Source: Naegleria gruberi (lineage: Eukaryota). Taken from it: a stretch of 1,227 nt of DNA. The notes beneath the pieces were generated by a model that was given only the letters and a program-made list of their open reading frames with translations, did not search any database and was not told the origin of the DNA. Shown one piece after another: positions 1 through 1,227 of the stretch (position 1 is the stretch's first letter; the number at the start of each line of letters is the position of its first letter). The stretch lies in the NCBI GenBank assembly GCA_000004985.1, contig GG739493.1; one strand, written 5' to 3'. The position numbers were made by a program, and so were the translations under genes.

Positions 1-1211
1 TAGTGCTTTAATAATTCACCAAGGTCATACTTATCACCATTCAGACATTGCTGTAAGGTAAGCATACAAACAGCTTTGTAACATTCAAACAAGGGCCAAT
101 ATTCTATTTTCATTCCACAAAGGTATTCTAATGGTGTTTTTTCACATAGTGGAATGTTTGACAATTCCAGCTCTGTAATATTCTTTTTTTTCAACCATTC
201 AACGAAAGAAATACCATTCGTTTTCTTTTTCATTGGTGGTTCATTGTCTTGTTTTTCTTCATAATATTTTCTTTTCTTATTTTCTATTTCTTCTCTCTTT
301 CTTCTTGATTCTTGATTCTCATCTTGTTTTCTTTTCCTCTCTTCTTCGATCCTCCTCTTCTCCTCTTTTGCAATCTTTATTGCTTCTTCTTTCTTTCTTT
401 TTTCTTCTTCATTCCTCTTCTTCTCCTCTTGTTTTCTTTTTTCCTCTTCTTTCTTTTTCCTCTCTTCTTCAAGTCTACTCTCCTCTTCCTCATCGCATCT
501 ATCATCTATATCATTCATATATCCCACATCTTCATTGTCGTTAATCTCTGTTTCATCATTTTCCTTCTCATCATTGTTTTCGTCATACCATTGAAATATT
601 CCTATGTTTTTCTGAGAGCCATTATTTCCCAAAGTCATTAGAAATCTTTTTGGAGATGTCTTTGGATCTAATAGCCAATATTTTTCACCAAGTGATACAC
701 CAGTAGATAACATCTTAGACCCGCTAATTATGATTTCGTTCTTTGTTTTGGTAAGGTCCTTAATATGGATAGAATAATCTTTCAGAAATTCCTTAATCTC
801 TTTCGAATACTTTGTATCACATGTTGTGGAGGAGATGGCTAAAAAATCAATGCCAGTCCTAACACATAGTGTCCCGTTCTCGTCTGTAATTGAATCAGGA
901 CAGTAAATCACAAACTCATGATTTTCTCTACCCAGTTTGAAAGGTTTTCCTATTCTATAAACAAAAGACATGGGATATTTCGCTATTCCTACAATTTCAG
1001 AAGTTGGAGAAGCAACCTTAACATTATTTAGACCGTCAATAAATTCAGAAAAGTCTAACTCAATAGAATACGCATCTTCTTGCTTTGAATATTTTGTGTA
1101 CCATTTTTCTCCGGTACCTGGTTGGTACACACCAAAAGGAAATACTATTGGAGATGAAAAAGAATTACCAGTAATCACAATAACAAAATCATAGTCATGT
1201 CTATTTTTTAA
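1..1211 (-). CDS. Partial CDS on the minus strand for an uncharacterized protein with a central Glu/Lys/Arg-rich charged segment. It is probably a nuclear gene of an AT-rich eukaryote such as a budding yeast. The reading frame is open from the in-frame stop TAG at +1212..1214 (minus sense) down past position 1, so the C-terminal end lies outside the window. The first in-frame Met codon is at +969..971, and the true start is unresolved (see findings).
   Basis: I translated the reverse complement by hand, using codons whose last minus-sense base falls at + positions divisible by 3. About 403 sense codons are uninterrupted: none of the + triplets in register 3,6,9... up to 1211 is tta, cta or tca. 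The translation begins LKNRHDYDFVIVITGNSFSSPIVFPFGVYQPGTGEKWYTKYSKQEDAYSIELDFSEFIDGLNNVKVASPTSEIVGIAKYPMSFVYRIGKPFKLGRENHEFVIYCPDSITDENGTLCVRTGIDFLAISSTTCDTKYSKEIKEFLKDYSIHIKDLTKTKNEIIISGSKMLSTGVSLGEKYWLLDPKTSPKRFLMTLGNNGSQKNIGIFQWYDENNDEKENDETEINDNEDVGYMNDIDDRCDEEEESRLEEERKKKEEEKRKQEEKKRNEEEKRKKEEAIKIAKEEKRRIEEERKRKQDENQESRRKREEIENKKRKYYEEKQDNEPPMKKKTNGISFVEWLKKKNITELELSNIPLCEKTPLEYLCGMKIEYWPLFECYKAVCMLTLQQCLNGDKYDLGELLKH and continues. The composition looks like a protein, with alternating hydrophobic and charged stretches. Arg is encoded only by AGA and AGG. An open frame of this length by chance in AT-rich DNA is very unlikely. An antisense ORF (+970..1194) that is also open is typical of real coding sequence. 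Confidence 0.8.
184..191 (-). repeat. A8 homopolymer on the coding strand (T8 on the + strand). It lies inside the CDS and encodes part of LKKKN. Runs like this are prone to slippage.
   Basis: The + strand reads t-c-tttttttt-c, with the T run at 184..191. The frame reads ttg aaa aaa aag aat. Confidence 0.9.
222..497 (-). repeat. Low-complexity coding segment. On the + strand it is a polypyrimidine (CT-rich) tract and on the coding strand it is GA-rich. It encodes an E/K/R-rich charged region of about 90 residues that could form a single alpha-helix or coiled coil. It contains an exact 16-mer direct repeat, ttttcctctcttcttc, at +332..347 and +455..470 (123 nt = 41 codons apart), and a tandem 7-mer cttgatt x2 at +304..317.
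   Basis: The + strand at 233..545 is almost free of purines and is built from tcttc, tcctc and ttttc units. The minus-strand translation reads DEEEESRLEEERKKKEEEKRKQEEKKRNEEEKRKKEEAIKIAKEEKRRIEEERKRKQDENQESRRKREEIENKKRKYYEEKQDNEPPMKKK. I found the two 16-mers by counting bases directly. They encode EEERKRK and EEERKKK. Confidence 0.8.
480..587 (-). other. Acidic Asp/Asn/Glu-rich segment, YDENNDEKENDETEINDNEDVGYMNDIDDRCDEEEE, that sits immediately N-terminal to the E/K/R-rich block. The two together form a charge-segregated stretch: acidic first, then mixed and basic.
   Basis: Direct translation of the minus strand. YDENND maps to +570..587 and CDEEEE maps to +480..497. Confidence 0.7.
969..971 (-). 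other. First in-frame Met codon of the long minus-strand ORF (ATG read on the minus strand, local context aaaagacATGg). It is a candidate start codon, but 80 codons of open, protein-like frame lie upstream of it.
   Basis: The + triplet cat at 969..971 is in the ORF register. No other in-frame cat occurs in this register between 972 and 1211. Confidence 0.35.
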
Positions 1212-1227
1212 CTACCAAATAACATTC

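Noticed and set aside
233-545. Repetitive tcttc/tcctc units as a possible CRISPR array or satellite.
   Set aside because: There is no repeat-spacer architecture, and the units are short and degenerate. The sequence sits in-frame within a protein-coding ORF and encodes E/K/R residues.
233-641. The supplied + strand ORFs 233..544 (103 aa) and 312..641 (109 aa), with F/L/S-rich translations.
   Set aside because: They are antisense read-throughs of the CT-rich tract. The translations are low-complexity poly-Phe/Leu/Ser with no protein-like composition. The opposite strand carries a far longer, coherent ORF that covers the same bases.
970-1194. The supplied + strand ORF 970..1194 (74 aa).
   Set aside because: It lies wholly inside, and antisense to, the long minus-strand ORF. 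Open antisense frames are common opposite genuine coding sequence. It has no supporting features and is short.
1100-1211. Resemblance of VIVITGNSFSS ... LGNNGS to SGNH/GDSL hydrolase blocks I and III, or to a flavodoxin-like TGNS motif.
   Set aside because: The catalytic Ser sits in the wrong context (GNS rather than GDS). There is no block V DxxH motif downstream. The motif spacing does not fit, so this is probably a chance similarity.
1-1227. Intron signals on the minus strand (GTATGT donor, TACTAAC branch point).
   Set aside because: I found none inside the window by eye. Only 16 nt lie upstream of the ORF boundary, so the hypothesis of a 5' intron can be neither supported nor excluded from this window.
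1-1227. A prokaryotic accessory or defence system (toxin-antitoxin, restriction-modification, CRISPR, phage genes).
   Set aside because: The window holds a single gene with no operon neighbours. The exclusive AGA/AGG arginine usage, the yeast-like codon preferences and the long E/K-rich spacer all point to a eukaryotic nuclear gene. Nothing supports a multi-component system.
1-1227. An alternative genetic code (for example ciliate TAA/TAG = Gln) as an explanation for the upstream TAG.
   Set aside because: The codon usage fits the standard yeast-like pattern. The long ORF contains no in-frame TAA or TAG, whereas under a ciliate code these would be frequent Gln codons. A single TAG is better explained as the real boundary of the ORF.

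Overview
This AT-rich 1227-nt window is almost entirely one long minus-strand open reading frame. It runs from + position 1211 down past position 1, about 403 codons, and contains no stop codon. I checked this codon by codon. In the + frame that starts at position 3 there is no tta, cta or tca triplet between positions 3 and 1211. The supplied ORF track does not show this reading frame because it has no ATG-to-stop pair inside the window. The frame is bounded upstream by an in-frame TAG at +1212..1214 and continues beyond the left edge, so the C-terminal end of the protein is cut off.

The encoded protein has three parts:
- An N-terminal region that looks globular, beginning DYDFVIVITGNSFSSPIVFPFGVYQPGTGEKWYTKYSKQEDAYSIELDFSEF.
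- A central charged segment of roughly 120 residues. An acidic Asp/Asn/Glu-rich run comes first, then about 90 residues made almost only of Glu, Lys and Arg (for example EEERKKKEEEKRKQEEKKRNEEEKRKKEE). On the + strand this is a ~310-nt polypyrimidine (CT) tract at about 233..545.
- A C-terminal region that carries a cluster of cysteines and runs off the window.

The codon usage looks more like a nuclear gene of an AT-rich eukaryote, perhaps a budding yeast, than a prokaryotic island. All Arg codons are AGA or AGG, with no CGN. GGT, CCA, TCT, GCT, AAA/AAG and TTG are common. I do not recognise the protein well enough to give it a name.

The three + strand ORFs in the supplied track are antisense artefacts of this gene. 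I see no RNA gene, CRISPR array, mobile element or multi-gene system here. The most interesting specific observation is the unresolved translation start. The first in-frame Met lies 80 codons inside an open, protein-like frame. A well-placed ATG just after the upstream stop is out of frame by one base and sits next to an A4/T4 homopolymer.
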